A stretch of 64,000 nucleotides of DNA from Emiliania huxleyi CCMP1516. Taxonomy: Eukaryota. The notes beneath the pieces are model-generated. The model was not told the DNA's origin, made no database searches, and worked only from the letters and a program-made list of their open reading frames with translations. Positions 12,057 through 23,828 of this stretch are shown here, one piece after another. The translations under genes were made by a program, and so were the position numbers. The stretch covers positions 154,045 to 218,044 of the forward strand of contig NW_005202368.1 of NCBI RefSeq assembly GCF_000372725.1. The letters are read 5' to 3'. The number at the start of each line of letters is the position of its first letter. Positions within the stretch are counted from its first letter, which is position 1.

Positions 12057-12851
12057 GTGCAATACACAGGGCGCCCCGCTCGCCTACACGGGGCGCGCCT
12101 CTGCTCGGGAGGCACCGGCGCGCACAGCCGAAAAATTAAAAAAATGGCCGCAGCGCTTCTTAGTTCTCCCATCGCGCCAGTCCCGTGCCCAGTGTTGTGC
12201 GACGGAGTTTTGTTGTAAGATTCTCCCATCCCTCCCTTGGGTTGTGTGTTTTCTTTCTTTCTTTCTTTCAGCTCCCCGGTCCTGCACGTGAGGTTGATGA
12301 CCGCACTCCAAGTGCTCCAAGCGCCCTGCCTTGGTTGGCTGTTTATTTCTTTCTTTCTTCCTTAAATTCTTTTTTCAGGGGGCTCGATCGATTTTTTCTT
12401 TCCTTGCCTGCTCCGCTCCTGGTGCGCCTCGCTGCCGCACCTTTCGCCTCACACACAGTGATCACCTCGCGCGCGACCGCCGAAGTGAGCGCACGACCAC
12501 CTCCCTCTCACTCACCCCCCCAACGATGCGCAGCCCGTTCGTTCTGGCCGAGAGCCGGACGGCCACCATCGGTGTTTTTGGCTTCGCCACCGTCCAAAGC
12601 GTGCGCACAATGCGCTCGCCGACATCGAGCGAGCACGTCTGTCCGACGAGTGGCTTGCTGTGTGGACGCCTTCTTGTGGCTCTCGCCGAGAGCGTTTTGC
12701 GTCCCGGCGGGTGGGAGAATATGTGATAGGAACGAGTGTATCGCTTCGACGGATCGACCGTGCTTGTTATCAAGACCGATATGTGACGCACACAGTGACA
12801 CATCAGACGACCGCTAGTGGCCGCGGCGAGGATCTCCCCGCCTAAACAACC

Positions 12852-15800
12852 TCATGAGGACGGGCCGGCGGCGGCGCCAGCGGGAGGGCTCTTGATGTAG
12901 AAGAGGGCCACCGGGCAGAGCTGGTTGCTCTCCTTGAGGATCAGCTCGTCGTAGGCGGCCGGCAGCGTCGGGTCGGTGCGCTTGCCGGTGGGGCCCAGCA
13001 GGTTGACCGCCTGGTAGCCGACGACTTCGTTGCAGATGAAGTACCGGCTGTCATACCCGGCTGTGACGTTCTCGAAGTAGTTCTCGGGGAGAACACCCTG
13101 ATCGACCGCCGCCGCGCGCTGCAGGTGGCAATCGCTGTGGAGAAAAGAGCGATGGTCCGGGTTCCGCTCGCTGATGACGGCGCCGTGCTGCGGGTAGTCG
13201 CGGTGGCGCGTGCCCACGTACGCGCGGCCGATGTTGGCCAGCTGCATCAGCACGACGTGCTCGCCCTTGGAGTTGGCCGGCCGCGGGCTCTCCTCCGACA
13301 CGACCCCACCGTCGGCCATCGTCCGAGCGTAGAGGCACCCGTACTCGGCGGTGGGCGTGGTGTAGAGCCCCGCACCGAAAAACATGCCGTTCTGGACGGC
13401 GTTGACACCGTTCTTCATGCCCGAGCCGCAGATGGCGGCCGCCGCCTCGTGCGAGCAGCCGTGGAAGGTGGGGATGATGCTCGCCTTCTCGAAGCCCACC
13501 AGCTCGCCGTACATCATCTTGCTCTTGAGCACCGAGCGCGCCGCCTCCTTCTCCCCCTCGAACTCGTCCGGGTTCGCCGGATTGTGCATGCCAGGGGCGG
13601 TGCCCGTCGTTCGCTGCCGCTCGGTGAGATTCAAGCCGGCCGTGAACGCCATCTCGAGAAGCGGGTTGCGAACCAGCACAATGCGGCTCAGCTGGCTCGC
13701 AAACGAGTTGCGGGCCTGCGGGACATGGACAGAGCGGTCGCTCCGCGCCGTCGCGAGCTGGCCGTAACCGCTCTTGCAGAAGAGGTCAAGCAAATGGTCA
13801 CGAAAGTGCCGCTGAGCGGGCGGCGTGTTGTCAGGCCACGCGGCGTTGTAGAGCTCGAGAGTGCTGTACGTGGCATCGAGCGATGGCGTGAACTTCGAGC
13901 GGTCCGAAATGAGCCGCGCGATCGGCGTCAATGCCACTGCCGAGTGCGCGCGCAGCTGCTCACGCGCCGCCCGCCCCGCGTCCTCCCGCGCCGTCCGCAC
14001 GGCCGCCTCCTGCGCCGCCGCCGCCCGCGCAACCTCCTCCTCCCGCGCCGTCCGCACGGCTTCCTCCTGCGCCGCCGCCGCCCGCGCAGCCTCCTCCTCC
14101 CGCGCCGTCCGCACGGCCGCCTCCTGCGCCGCCGCCGCCCGCGCAACCTCCTCCTCCCGCGCCGCCGCAACCTCGGGCGCATGCGCACCGGCGGCTCGCT
14201 GCTCCGACTCACGCGCCGCCGTCGCAGCCCCCTCCGCCTTGCCGCGCGCCTGCTCATGAGGGACCGCGTGAGAGGCCGCCCGCGCTAGCCGCCCTCCCTA
14301 CAGGGCGAGCGCCTCTTCCGCCACGCGCCGCGCCGCCGCCTCCGTGTCGCGCTGCTCCGCCGCCCGGTGCGCCTCAGCCCGGAGAGAGTTCTCGCGCGGG
14401 CCCGCAGCCTCCACCTGCGAGCGAGCCTCGACTAGCTGCGACCGAAAGTTACTCACCTCCTCCTCCGCCGCTGCAAGCTGCTGCTCCGCCCGCGCCGCCT
14501 CCTCCCGCGCCGTCTGCAGCGCCGTCTCTTGCGCCCGCGCCGCCTCCTCCTCCGCCGCTGCAAGCTGCTGCTCCGCCCGCGCCGCCTCCTCCCGCGCCGT
14601 CTGCAGCGCCGTCTCTTGCGCCCGCGCCGCCTCCTCCCGCGCCGTCTGCAGCGCCGCCTCTTGCGCCCGCGCCGCCTCCTCCCGCGCCGTCTGCAGCGCC
14701 GCCTCTTGCGCCCGCGCCGCCTCCTCCCGCGCCGTCTGCAGCGCCGCCTCTTGCGCCCGCGCCGCCTCCTCCCGCGCCGTCTGCAGCGCCGTCTCTTGCG
14801 CCCGCGCCGCCTCCTCCCGCGCCGTCTGCAGCGCCGTCTCTTGCGCCCGCGCCGCCTCCTCCCGCGCCGTCTGCAGCGCCGTCTCTTGCGCCCGCGCCGC
14901 CTCCTCCCGCGCCGTCTGCAGCGCCGCCTCTTGCGCCCGCGCCGCCTCCTCCCGCGCCGTCTGCAGCGCCGCCTCTTGCGCCCGCGCCGCCTCCTCCCGC
15001 GCCGTCTGCAGCGCCGTCTCTTGCGCCCGCGCCGCCTCCTCCCGCGCCGTCTGCAGCGCCGCCTCTTGCGGCTCCTCCCGCGCCTGCGCCGCCTCCTGCG
15101 GCGCCTCCTGCGGCGCCTCCTGCGGCGCCTCCTCCCGCGCCTCCTCCCGCGCCGCAGCCGCCTGGTCGGCGCACTCGAGCGACGGAGCGCCGACCCAGCC
15201 GCCAGCGCCGCTACACTCTTCCCAGACCACGCTCGACTCGTGCGGGAGCGCGGAGGAGGAGTCGCGCAGCTTCAGGTAGCCAATGTGGTTCACTCCCACG
15301 TTCTTGCTCTGCTGCACCACCCAGCTGCCGCCCGGGATGGTTGCGATCCAGCGGTCAGCGGCCGTGTGCTTCCAGACCGGCCGCCCGTGCAGCAGCCGCC
15401 CCTCGACGAGCGAGTACGCGCCGAGGCACGACCTCTGGTGCGCCAGCAAGCCCGAGAGGACGAGCCGCCGGGGGGCTCTGCTGAGCAGCGCCTGCTCTGC
15501 CGCCGCCTGCCCCGCCGCCGCCCGCTCCGCCACCGCCCGCTCCGCCGCCGCCACCTCCAGCTTCTGTCGCTTTGCGCGCTCTGCCTGCTCCGTCGCCGTC
15601 GCCTGCGCTGGGGGCCGCTTCGGCACGCTGCAGCGGCCGCCGAGGCCGCCGTGCTTGTAGCCGCGCGTGCACAAAGGGTTGTGCTCGCACTGGGATGTGC
15701 AACCGCTGGACCCGGCAATGGGCGGCTGCTGCCCCTCCGGTGGCGGAGAGGCTGGCTCTGGGCTCGCCCGGGCCGGCGGCGGCCGCGGCGGGCCCTCTTC

Positions 15801-16039
15801 CTCAGGCAGCGTGTACACCTCGAGAAGCGAATTGATGCGACCCACGCCGATGCCGTTGGCGCAATTGCCGATCGCAACCTCCTTCTGCTCAGCGGTCTTG
15901 TGCACAGAATGCCACTCTTTCGACTTGACGAGTCGTAGTAGCGACTGTACCGATGGCAAGCCCCACCCGCAGCGCGCTGCGGACGAGGCCCCCGGCGCAA
16001 AGATGGGCGAGCGCTCGCAGAGGACGAGGCGGTCAGCGC

Positions 16040-16117
<78 letters not shown>

Positions 16118-16411
16118 GGCTCGCGAGCAGCTGGATCCCCTCCTTCAGCTCGTGCTCCTCGAGGTCCTCGTGCTCGCCATCGTCGTGCTCGATTCTCCAC
16201 AGCGCGGGTTCGTCCGCCGCCTAGCGTGTGACATGAAAGCGATGAGGGACATGGTTCCCGCATGTTTATGGCGCGGCGCAGACGTCTCGCCTCCCCAGGC
16301 GGCATATACTTCCAAACCACGGCGTGGACGTCGCGGTCCACGCCGTCGAAGCGCCGCAGCAGCAGCTTGCCGATGTGAGGTCCCTTCGTCCGCCAGTCCC
16401 CGCTGCTGCTC

Positions 16412-16464
<53 letters not shown>

Positions 16465-17484
16465 TGCCGTGCCTCCCCCCCCGCGGAGGGCCGGCGACAG
16501 CGTGCCGGTCACGAATTCCTCCGTGAAGGGGTCGAAGTAAAGCACCCCGCTGGGCGGGCCGCCGCGTGGCTTGGCCGTGGCAGACTTGACGTGGGCGATC
16601 TCCCAAGGCACCTTTGTGCCCTTGAACGCCGCGCCTTCGTCCCAAGCTTTCCGGATTGACTTGGGGTGCACCCAAATCGGCCGCACGTCTTGAGCAGCAA
16701 GGTCGCGCACGATGCGCTCTGGCAATGCGAAGCGGAAGGTGCGCTGTTCGGGCGGCCCCGTAATGGAGGTGGCCAGCGTCACCGTGATAGAGCCGCCCGC
16801 CCCCGCCGCTCCCTGCACCTTGGCGCAGTACCAGCCCTCCCGGAGCCGCACGTGCGCCAAGTCGCCCTCCTGCAGCCGAGAGGCGAAACCCTCCGGAGAG
16901 GGCGGGGGCTCTGCGACGAGGACGCCACCCTCGACCGAGTAGGGAAGCTTTTGCTGCTGAGCGAGCGACGCCCACGGCTCGTGCAGGTACTTAATGCGGA
17001 TGTCGGGGCCGTCCACGCTCTCGACCTTCACGTCCAGCGTGTCGGGGAGAGGGAGCTCGAGGGAGACCTCGATGTCGGACTTCACCGTGTCCGTGATGTA
17101 AAGCCCCGTGACGTCGAGCTCGAGCTGCTGACTGGCCTGGATGGCGTACTTGGCGGGTGGGGGCGCGCTCCCGGCGGGGCGCCGCACCACCTTCGGCTTC
17201 ACGATGGGCAAGTCCGCCGCGAGGGGCGGGGTGAAGCTGGCTTCGAGCCCCCGGTCCGCCGTCAGCTTGTCGTAGAGGTCGGCGCGCGCCCCCCCATCGG
17301 GCACGTTGTTGATCATGTCAAGCAGGCGCTGCCGCACGTTGCCGTAGGTCGCTGGCGGCACATCGGCCCTGAGCTCTTTCTTGAGCGCTGCGAGTTCATC
17401 GGCCGCGTGAGAGCGAAGTAGCCCGCCCTGCGAGGCCTCCAACCCCTCGATGAGTTGGCGCACCTGGTGGGGCGTCACCGACAT
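12852..17484 (-). CDS. ~1500-aa multidomain protein: Tudor-like domains, Cys/His motif, 15-aa coiled-coil repeats, C-terminal PARP-like ADP-ribosyltransferase domain
   Basis: Three ORFs join in frame through phase-0 GC-AG introns at 16221-16290 and 14250-14312. Tudor-like GKLLLRRF...LWRIEHDDGEHEDLEEHEL; CEHNPLCTRGYKHGGLGGRC; 45-nt repeat encoding QEAALQTAREEAARA. ART motifs FHGCS, FGAGLYTT..AEYG.LYA and YDELI...NQLCP. Confidence 0.75.
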
Positions 17485-18119
17485 CGGGCTGTGCCCAGCC
17501 GCGCGTTTTGGCTCCCGCCCGCCTCCGCTAGGTTGACGTCCTTGCCCGCGAAAAGAAAGCCAATTGGATCTCGGGGAGGGCCCGGGCGCAGGTTCGACAA
17601 AAAGGGCCCCTCCGCGAGGGCCTATGCGCGCTCGCGCTCAGTGCTCCAGCTTTGCAGGAAGAGGCGCCGCAATCGGCGCGGCCCGTTCCCCGGGCTGTGT
17701 GGGCATCTGCCGGCGTCGGTCACCGGCCGAGAGGCGCCGCGGGTGAGGCGGCGCGGCTGCATTTCGAACGCGCCACACTGACCCCGTCGAGAGGCGGCGG
17801 CCAGCACCGCTCTTCGGCCGCCACAACCAAGCTGGTCGGCATCTTAGTTGAGGCATGCATCAAGCTGCATGAGTGCATCGGCTGCGGACTCAACAGGTCG
17901 ATCAGGCCGCTGCTGGATCTCACAGACGGCGTGCTGCTGGGGGCGGGCCCGAGACGGCTGGAATAGAGCCGAGTGAAGTGGCGAGCCAGAGGCTGCCTGG
18001 GTCGTCAAGTGGTGGTCCATGGCCACTCTGAGCAGGGCTGTGCTTTGGTGGGGCTGTGCTTGATCATGTGTGAAGTAGGAGTCCGTTGCCGGCGCTGCCT
18101 GAGGGTAAAACAGGCGTGA

Positions 18120-18730
18120 AATAGCCTCGTGTGGGGTGTTATGCGCCGGTGTGAGCTTGGGGACCCGATATAAGCGCGGCTCGGGACAGCTCGGGCCTGC
18201 TACTGATGGGCCTGGGCCAGGATAGCGGCAGGGAAGGCGAGGTGGTGAGCTGACATTCTGGGGAGTCCGCGTGTGACCTTGTCGCGAGGCACGTGCCAAA
18301 AAGCGTTGTTTGCGGCTATTGCTCAAAACTTCGGGAGACAAGGCCTACATATTATGACTGCACCCATTGCCCTGGTGCATGAGGGCAGCGGGACGAGACA
18401 TATCACGGTCGATGGCGCCGATAACGACCTCCGGAAAGCCCTCACAATCGCTCGGCAAGGGGTCCACCGGGACAGTCTCGAGGCCTCTTCGTGGCATCAC
18501 GAGCCGGTGTGAGCTTGAAGGCCCGATATAAGTGCGGTCTGGGACAGCTTGGGCCTGCTACTGATGGGCCTGGGCCAGGAGGGCGGCAGGGAAGGCGAGG
18601 GGGAGTGCCGCGGCGAGGCCTCCGGCTGTTTGCGGCGGGCGGCTTGCTGCTCGCGGCGATGGCGAAAAACTCGTCTCGCCACACGCCAAGGGCTTATGCT
18701 CTGGCGAGACGTGAGGCGCATGCGCCCAGG
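18120..18730. repeat. Dispersed repeat family (degenerate transposon-like), with a local duplication
   Basis: 18145-18245 resembles 18502-18602. 18400-18503 resembles 24777-24884. 18605-18727 matches 48452-48574 in reverse complement. Confidence 0.7.
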
Positions 18731-19032
18731 AGGGGAGGGGGCATGTGTAACGACACTGCTAGAGATGCCTTTCGGGGCCCAGAGATAAAACTTCTGTGAT
18801 GCCATGCGTGACCTAGTAGTGTCCCCAGCTATGGGCGTGTCCACGTTGGAGCCAGGTGTGGTGTGGGCGCGAGAATAGCTCCGCCGTTCATGGAGGCAAC
18901 CGATGCGAGTCGACTGGTGTGTGTCGTCGTGGTTTCGTATCAAGAATACTCACTCACCGTCACCGGCCCGGAGGCTGGGTACCCTCTAGACAAGGGGGAG
19001 GAGGTCGGTGCGCCTTCTTTTCAATTTTAGAG

Positions 19033-19327
19033 TGCGACGGTGTATCATTCACTTTATGCCACCGTCGCACAACTGCATTGGGTCTCGAGAGTTCGAATCC
19101 CGCAGTTCGACTCGCAAAAAACCCAGACGGGCGTTGTCACTGGTTCGAAACCCACCTTAGAGCGTTCACCTGCTATCCGCCGGTACCCAAACCGGATGCA
19201 TCTCCGCACGACCCAGGAATGCAGTTTTGCGACGGTGTATCATTCAGATTCACTTTATGCCACCGTTGCATATCCGGATAAAGTATGCAACGACGGTGGC
19301 ATCGAAAGTGAATGATACACCGTCGCA
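19033..19327. mobile_element. 295-bp MITE with TG...CA ends and 5-bp TSD (TAGAG)
   Basis: TIRs tgcgacggtgtatcattcacttt-atgccaccgtcg and cgacggtggcatcgaaagtgaatgatacaccgtcgca. TAGAG at 19028-19032 and 19328-19332. The paralogous site at ~51235-51250 carries a single TAGAG. A third TIR copy lies inside, at ~19228-19268. Confidence 0.9.
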
Positions 19328-19393
19328 TAGAGAATTCTTTTTGAGAGATTTTTTGCCTACAAGTTCAATCAGAGAAGCTGAGGTACGCCCTTC

Positions 19394-20521
19394 TCACAGC
19401 CCCGGCGCCCACGCCTCGATCTTCTTGGGCAGCAGCTGGTTCGACAGGTCCTCTCCGTGGCCTAGACAGCCGCGTTCGCCCCTACCCCAGGCCAGCTCCA
19501 GGCGGCGCCGTCGGCAGTGAGGGCGAAGCTGTGGCCGCTTCCCGCCGACACAGCGACGACGCGCTGGCCCGCCAAGGCCTCGACCTTCTTGGGCAGCAGC
19601 TGGCGCTGCTCGTCGCCGTGGCCCAGCTTGCCATCCCTCCCATCGCCCCAGCTCCAGACGGCGCCATCGGTGGTGAGGGCGAGGCTGTGAGCCCCTCCAG
19701 CCGAGACAGCGACGACGCGCCGCCCCGCCAAGGCCTCGATCTTCTTGGGCAGCAGCTGGTGCTGCCGGTCGCCGTGGCCGAGCTCGCCAAAGAGTCCACC
19801 GCCCCAGCTCCAGACGGCGCCATCGGTGGTGATGGCGAGGTTGTGAGCCCCTCCAGCCGACACAGCGACGACGCGCTGGCCTGCAAAGGCCTCGACCTTC
19901 GCCGGCAGCAGCTGGTTCTGCTCGTCGCCGTGGCCCAGCGCGCCCACGTCTCCATCGCCCCAGCTCCAGACGGCACCGCCGGCGGTGAGGGCGACGCTGT
20001 GGCCATTTCCAGCTGACACGCTCACGGCGCGCTCGTCACCCAGCGTCGACGGGAGGCGGGTCGGCGTGTTGAGCTGCGTCACGCCCTCGCCGTGGCCAAG
20101 CAGCCCGGGGATTGGATTGTAGTCCGGCGAAGAGCCGCACGACGACAGCCGCCCCTCGCCGTCGATGAAAAGGCTGTGCGATATGCCTGCTGCCGCCCTC
20201 GCCGGCGGGTTGGACTCGCGCAGCAGCGCCGAATAGCACAGCCACCGCACGGCGCAGTTCTCGTCTTCGGGCTGCGCCGGCAGCTCGTAGCCGCGCTCTT
20301 GCGCCCACAAGCGGATGCCTTGCTTCGCGAGTGAGGCGTGAAAGAGCAGCGAGACGGCCGCGACGAGCGATGTCGACGGGGCTGTCGCAGCGAGAGAGGA
20401 CGCGCTCGAGGAGCTCCCTGGGGAGGTCGAGGAGCCGGGCGGGCGGCGGCGCGTCTGGCGAGGGCGCGGCGGCGGCGGCGGTGGCGAGGCGGCGCGAGCG
20501 GCGGCGCGGCGGGGTGGACAT
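19394..20521 (-). pseudogene. F-box-like + RCC1-repeat protein, frameshifted copy
   Basis: Near-identical to 49711-51147 but with fewer RCC1 repeats and frameshifts near 20365 and 19490. Confidence 0.8.
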
Positions 20522-21140
20522 CGCGCGAAGAAGAATGGCGGGCGCCGCGGACCAGTTCCGCGAGCGCTCGTCAGGGGGTGGTGTGCGGTTCTTGCCGTAG
20601 TGTGTGTGTGTGTACTCACACACACACACTTGCCGTAGTTCCTCTTCGGTCGCCTAGCCCCGGCGCCGTCTGGCGGACGCCTGCGTGTCACGAGTGCGAG
20701 CCGCTCGCGGTTCGTACGCCCGCTTGCGGGTTCGAGTGGCGGGCTATCCCGCTTGCGGGATGGCTTAGCGGGTTCGACCCGTCACACATTGGCTGCCGGG
20801 GTGTGCCGAGGGGGGGCTGGGTGGGCGGTAAGCCGTCATTGCCCGGCGCTGCTTGCAGCGCTCTGGGTGGTAGACTGGTAGTGGCGGCGCTCCAAGAGTG
20901 GTGCTCTTGGGAAGAGGTTCCTCCTTTCCGCTCCCCCCCCGCAAGGCGCGAGACACACACACAAGAAATTGTTTTGCAGAAATCTCCCCGGGAGATTGCA
21001 AAATCGCGATCTGGGGGTCCCCTGACACTCAGAATGAACCCACCCAGTGTCAACCATGATGAAACCAAATTAAAACCGATTGAGGACCCAATTTGTCAAA
21101 TTGGTGACCAACATTGCATGACCACTCGTGAGTGAGTGGT

Positions 21141-23828
21141 CGTTTGAGCGCAGAGGCTCAGAGCCGGAGGGTGGCTGGCTCTATGTAGGACTGTAAAGGA
21201 TCAAAGCACTGCTTCACGCAAACGCTCGCAAGGGACGTAGGACCGTGACAAGATTGAGCACAAGGAAGCTCGAGAGTCGAGTATTGACATTGGGGGCACG
21301 GCGCGGGATGCGCCGTGCTAGTAGCGTGTGTGAAGGGTAGCACAGGCGTCCGAATTCAGACGCCCCCCCCAGGACCGATGCTGAAGGCGTCGGGGATGTA
21401 CCGTAGATCGCGACGCCTGTGCGGGCAAGGCCGAAGGCGGCACGAGGAGGGAGTAGTTGACATTCGAGAGTCGCCCTTGACGGAGGCGAGGCGCGGGGAG
21501 TAGTTGACGGATCGCTCGAGTAGTTGACGGATCGCTCGGCTACGGCGGAGGCGGCAGAGCTCGGAGTCGAGGTTGGCGCAGGCGTCTCGAGCACTGGCGA
21601 GAAGAGCGCCGGCCGTGCGAGGCGAGGCATCACGCTCGAAGACGAAGGCGAGACTTGAGTCCTCGACGGTAGAGCCGACGGCGACGGCGCTGGTGGCAGA
21701 GGCGCTGGCCGAGAGCTCGGCTCCGGCGGAGGCGGCAGAGCACGTCCGCTCGGAGTCGAGGTTGGCGCAGGCGTCTCGAGCACTGGCGAGATGAGCGCCG
21801 GCCGTGCGAGGCGAGGCATCACGCTCGAAGACGAAGGCAAGACTTGAGTCCTCGACGGTAGAGCCGACGGCGACGGCGCTGGTGGCAGAGGCGCTGGCCG
21901 AGAGCTCGGCTCCGGCGGAGGCGGCAGAGCACGTCCGCTCGGAGTCGAGGTTGGCGCAGGCGTCTCGAGCACTGGCGAGAAGAGCGCCGGCCGTGCGAGG
22001 CGAGGCATCACGCACGAAGACGAAGGTCTTGACGGAGGCGATGCCTTGCTCGACGGTACGGCCGACGGCGATGGCGCTGGCGGCAGAGGCGCTGGCCGAT
22101 CGCTCGGCTACGGCGGAGGCTGCGGCAGGGCACGTCCGGTCGCAGTTGAGGGCGGCGCAGGCGTCTCGCGCGCTGGCCCGAGGGGCGCCGGCCGTGCGAG
22201 GCGCGGCATCACGCTCGAAGACGAAGGTCTTGTCGGAGGCGATGCCTTGCTCGACGGTACGGCCGACGGCGATGGCACTGGCGGCAGAGGCACTGGCCGA
22301 TCGCTCGGCTACGGCGGAGGCTGCGGCAGGGCGCGTCCGGTCGTAGTCGAGGGCGGCGCAGGCGTCTCGCGCGCCGGCCAGGAGAGCGCCGGCCGTGCGA
22401 GCCGAGTCATCGCACTTGACAGAGGCGATGCCTTGCTCGACGGTAGCGACGGCGACGGCGCTGATGTTGCAAATTCTAAAAAGGTTCCACCAGAGCTTGC
22501 GTGTGGCGGCGGCGGCTGGCGCCTTGGCTGGGGCGGCTGTGACTGGCGCCTCGGCCTCCGTTGGGGCAGAGGCCTCAGCTGGTTGGTTGGCCTTGTGGGC
22601 GGCGGCCTCGGCTGTCGCCTCGGCTCCCTGGGTAGTGGCCTCGGCTGTCGCCTCGTCCTCTTGTATGGCAGCCTCGGCTGGTGCCTCGGCAGCCGGGTCG
22701 GGGGCTGCGCCCCCTTCCCCCGGGCCCCCCCACGGCCGTCGCCCCGGATGAGAGGTCTGACAGGAGGCGTCGGCGTCGGCCTGCAGCCGATGGCAGTAGT
22801 GAAGGAGGCAAGGGGCAGCTGACGGCAACGGAGCTGGGCGGCGACCGGTAGACTCGACCGAAGCAACCCCCCCAACACGAGATGGCCCGCATCGTCGGCA
22901 CCCTCGTTTGGGACTGGGGCAGGGTGGGTGATTTGAAGTTGAAGTTGAGCTGCGCCGGGTCTCGGCGCCGGCGATGATGTTGTTGATGGACGGACCTGTG
23001 AGGACGGCTGTAAACCATCCATCGGGCTGCCTTCCGGGAGCGCCTGGCGGCCTTCCTGGAGGCTGTGCTGATGCAGAGGAGCTGGTGAGCGCAAAATGGC
23101 AGGCGCCGTTGATGGAGATCATGTCTGGAAGCGGCTCTGCGGGGACTGGCACTGGTGTTGGTCCAGAAACAGCGACGGCGAGGGTGACGGTGAGCAGGAT
23201 GGTGAAAACGCAGTAGACTCCGGAGCCGAAGGCGATGCGAGTCTTGGCGCGAGCCACGCAGGCCGCAGAGAGAGCGCAAGCGGCGGTGAACCGCTCGCGA
23301 GCGCACACAACGAGCCGGCGGGCGGCAGTGAGAAAGTAGTGGACAAAGTCGACGGTGACGACAAAGATGGAGGTGGCGATGGAGAGGGCGAGCTGGATGA
23401 TGGGCGGCGCTGAGCCGAAGATGGCGCGGGCGCAGGGGCGCAGGCCGGAGACGGCGCAGGCGCGAGGGCGCAGGCCGAGGTTGTCGTCGAGAGTGACGGG
23501 ATCGCCAGAGTAGTCGGTGATCAGATAGGTCATTTTTTCGCTGCTGGGCGTGGCGGAGATGTCCGCCATAACCTCGGGGGTGGAGTGCACCTCACCGTAA
23601 GGTACCACGTTTGAGCGCAGAGGCTCAGAGCCGGAGGGTGGCTGGCTCTATGTAGGACTGTAAAGGGTCAAAGCACTGCTTCACGCAAACGCTCGCAAGG
23701 GACGTAGGACCGTGACAAGATTGAGCACAAGGAAGCTGAGAGTCGAGTATTGACATTGGGGGCACGGCGCGGGATGCGCCGTGCTAGTAGCGTGTGTGAA
23801 GGGTAGCACAGGCGTCCGAATTCAGACG
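21141..23828 (-). mobile_element. Non-autonomous LTR retroelement (TRIM/LARD-like) with CG...CG termini
   Basis: LTRs at 21141-21362 and 23608-23828 differ by one substitution and one indel. 5-bp TSD GTGGT (21136-21140, 23829-23833). On the minus strand, a PBS-like TGGTACCTTACGGTGAGG follows the 5' LTR and a G8 PPT (21363-21370) precedes the 3' LTR. Confidence 0.9.
21356..23569 (-). CDS. Internal ORF of the LTR element; two hydrophobic segments and ~63-66-aa tandem repeats; function unknown
   Basis: The frame is open from just after the PBS into the 3' LTR. No gag zinc knuckle, protease, RT or integrase motifs recognised. Confidence 0.4.
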   Translation of the reverse strand: MADISATPSSEKMTYLITDYSGDPVTLDDNLGLRPRACAVSGLRPCARAIFGSAPPIIQLALSIATSIFVVTVDFVHYFLTAARRLVVCARERFTAACALSAACVARAKTRIAFGSGVYCVFTILLTVTLAVAVSGPTPVPVPAEPLPDMISINGACHFALTSSSASAQPPGRPPGAPGRQPDGWFTAVLTGPSINNIIAGAETRRSSTSTSNHPPCPSPKRGCRRCGPSRVGGVASVESTGRRPAPLPSAAPCLLHYCHRLQADADASCQTSHPGRRPWGGPGEGGAAPDPAAEAPAEAAIQEDEATAEATTQGAEATAEAAAHKANQPAEASAPTEAEAPVTAAPAKAPAAAATRKLWWNLFRICNISAVAVATVEQGIASVKCDDSARTAGALLAGARDACAALDYDRTRPAAASAVAERSASASAASAIAVGRTVEQGIASDKTFVFERDAAPRTAGAPRASARDACAALNCDRTCPAAASAVAERSASASAASAIAVGRTVEQGIASVKTFVFVRDASPRTAGALLASARDACANLDSERTCSAASAGAELSASASATSAVAVGSTVEDSSLAFVFERDASPRTAGAHLASARDACANLDSERTCSAASAGAELSASASATSAVAVGSTVEDSSLAFVFERDASPRTAGALLASARDACANLDSELCRLRRSRAIRQLLERSVNYSPRLASVKGDSRMSTTPSSCRLRPCPHRRRDLRYIPDAFSIGPGGGV

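Noticed and set aside
12778..12820. Helitron-like 3' end (weak hairpin then CTAG-T)
   Set aside because: The hairpin is imperfect, and no matching 5' TC end or second copy is visible.
13931..15938. Long plus-strand Pro/Arg-rich ORFs (and similar ORFs overlapping the OPR, RCC1 and IPO11 genes)
   Set aside because: Shadow frames of GC-rich or repetitive real genes, with no domain motifs.
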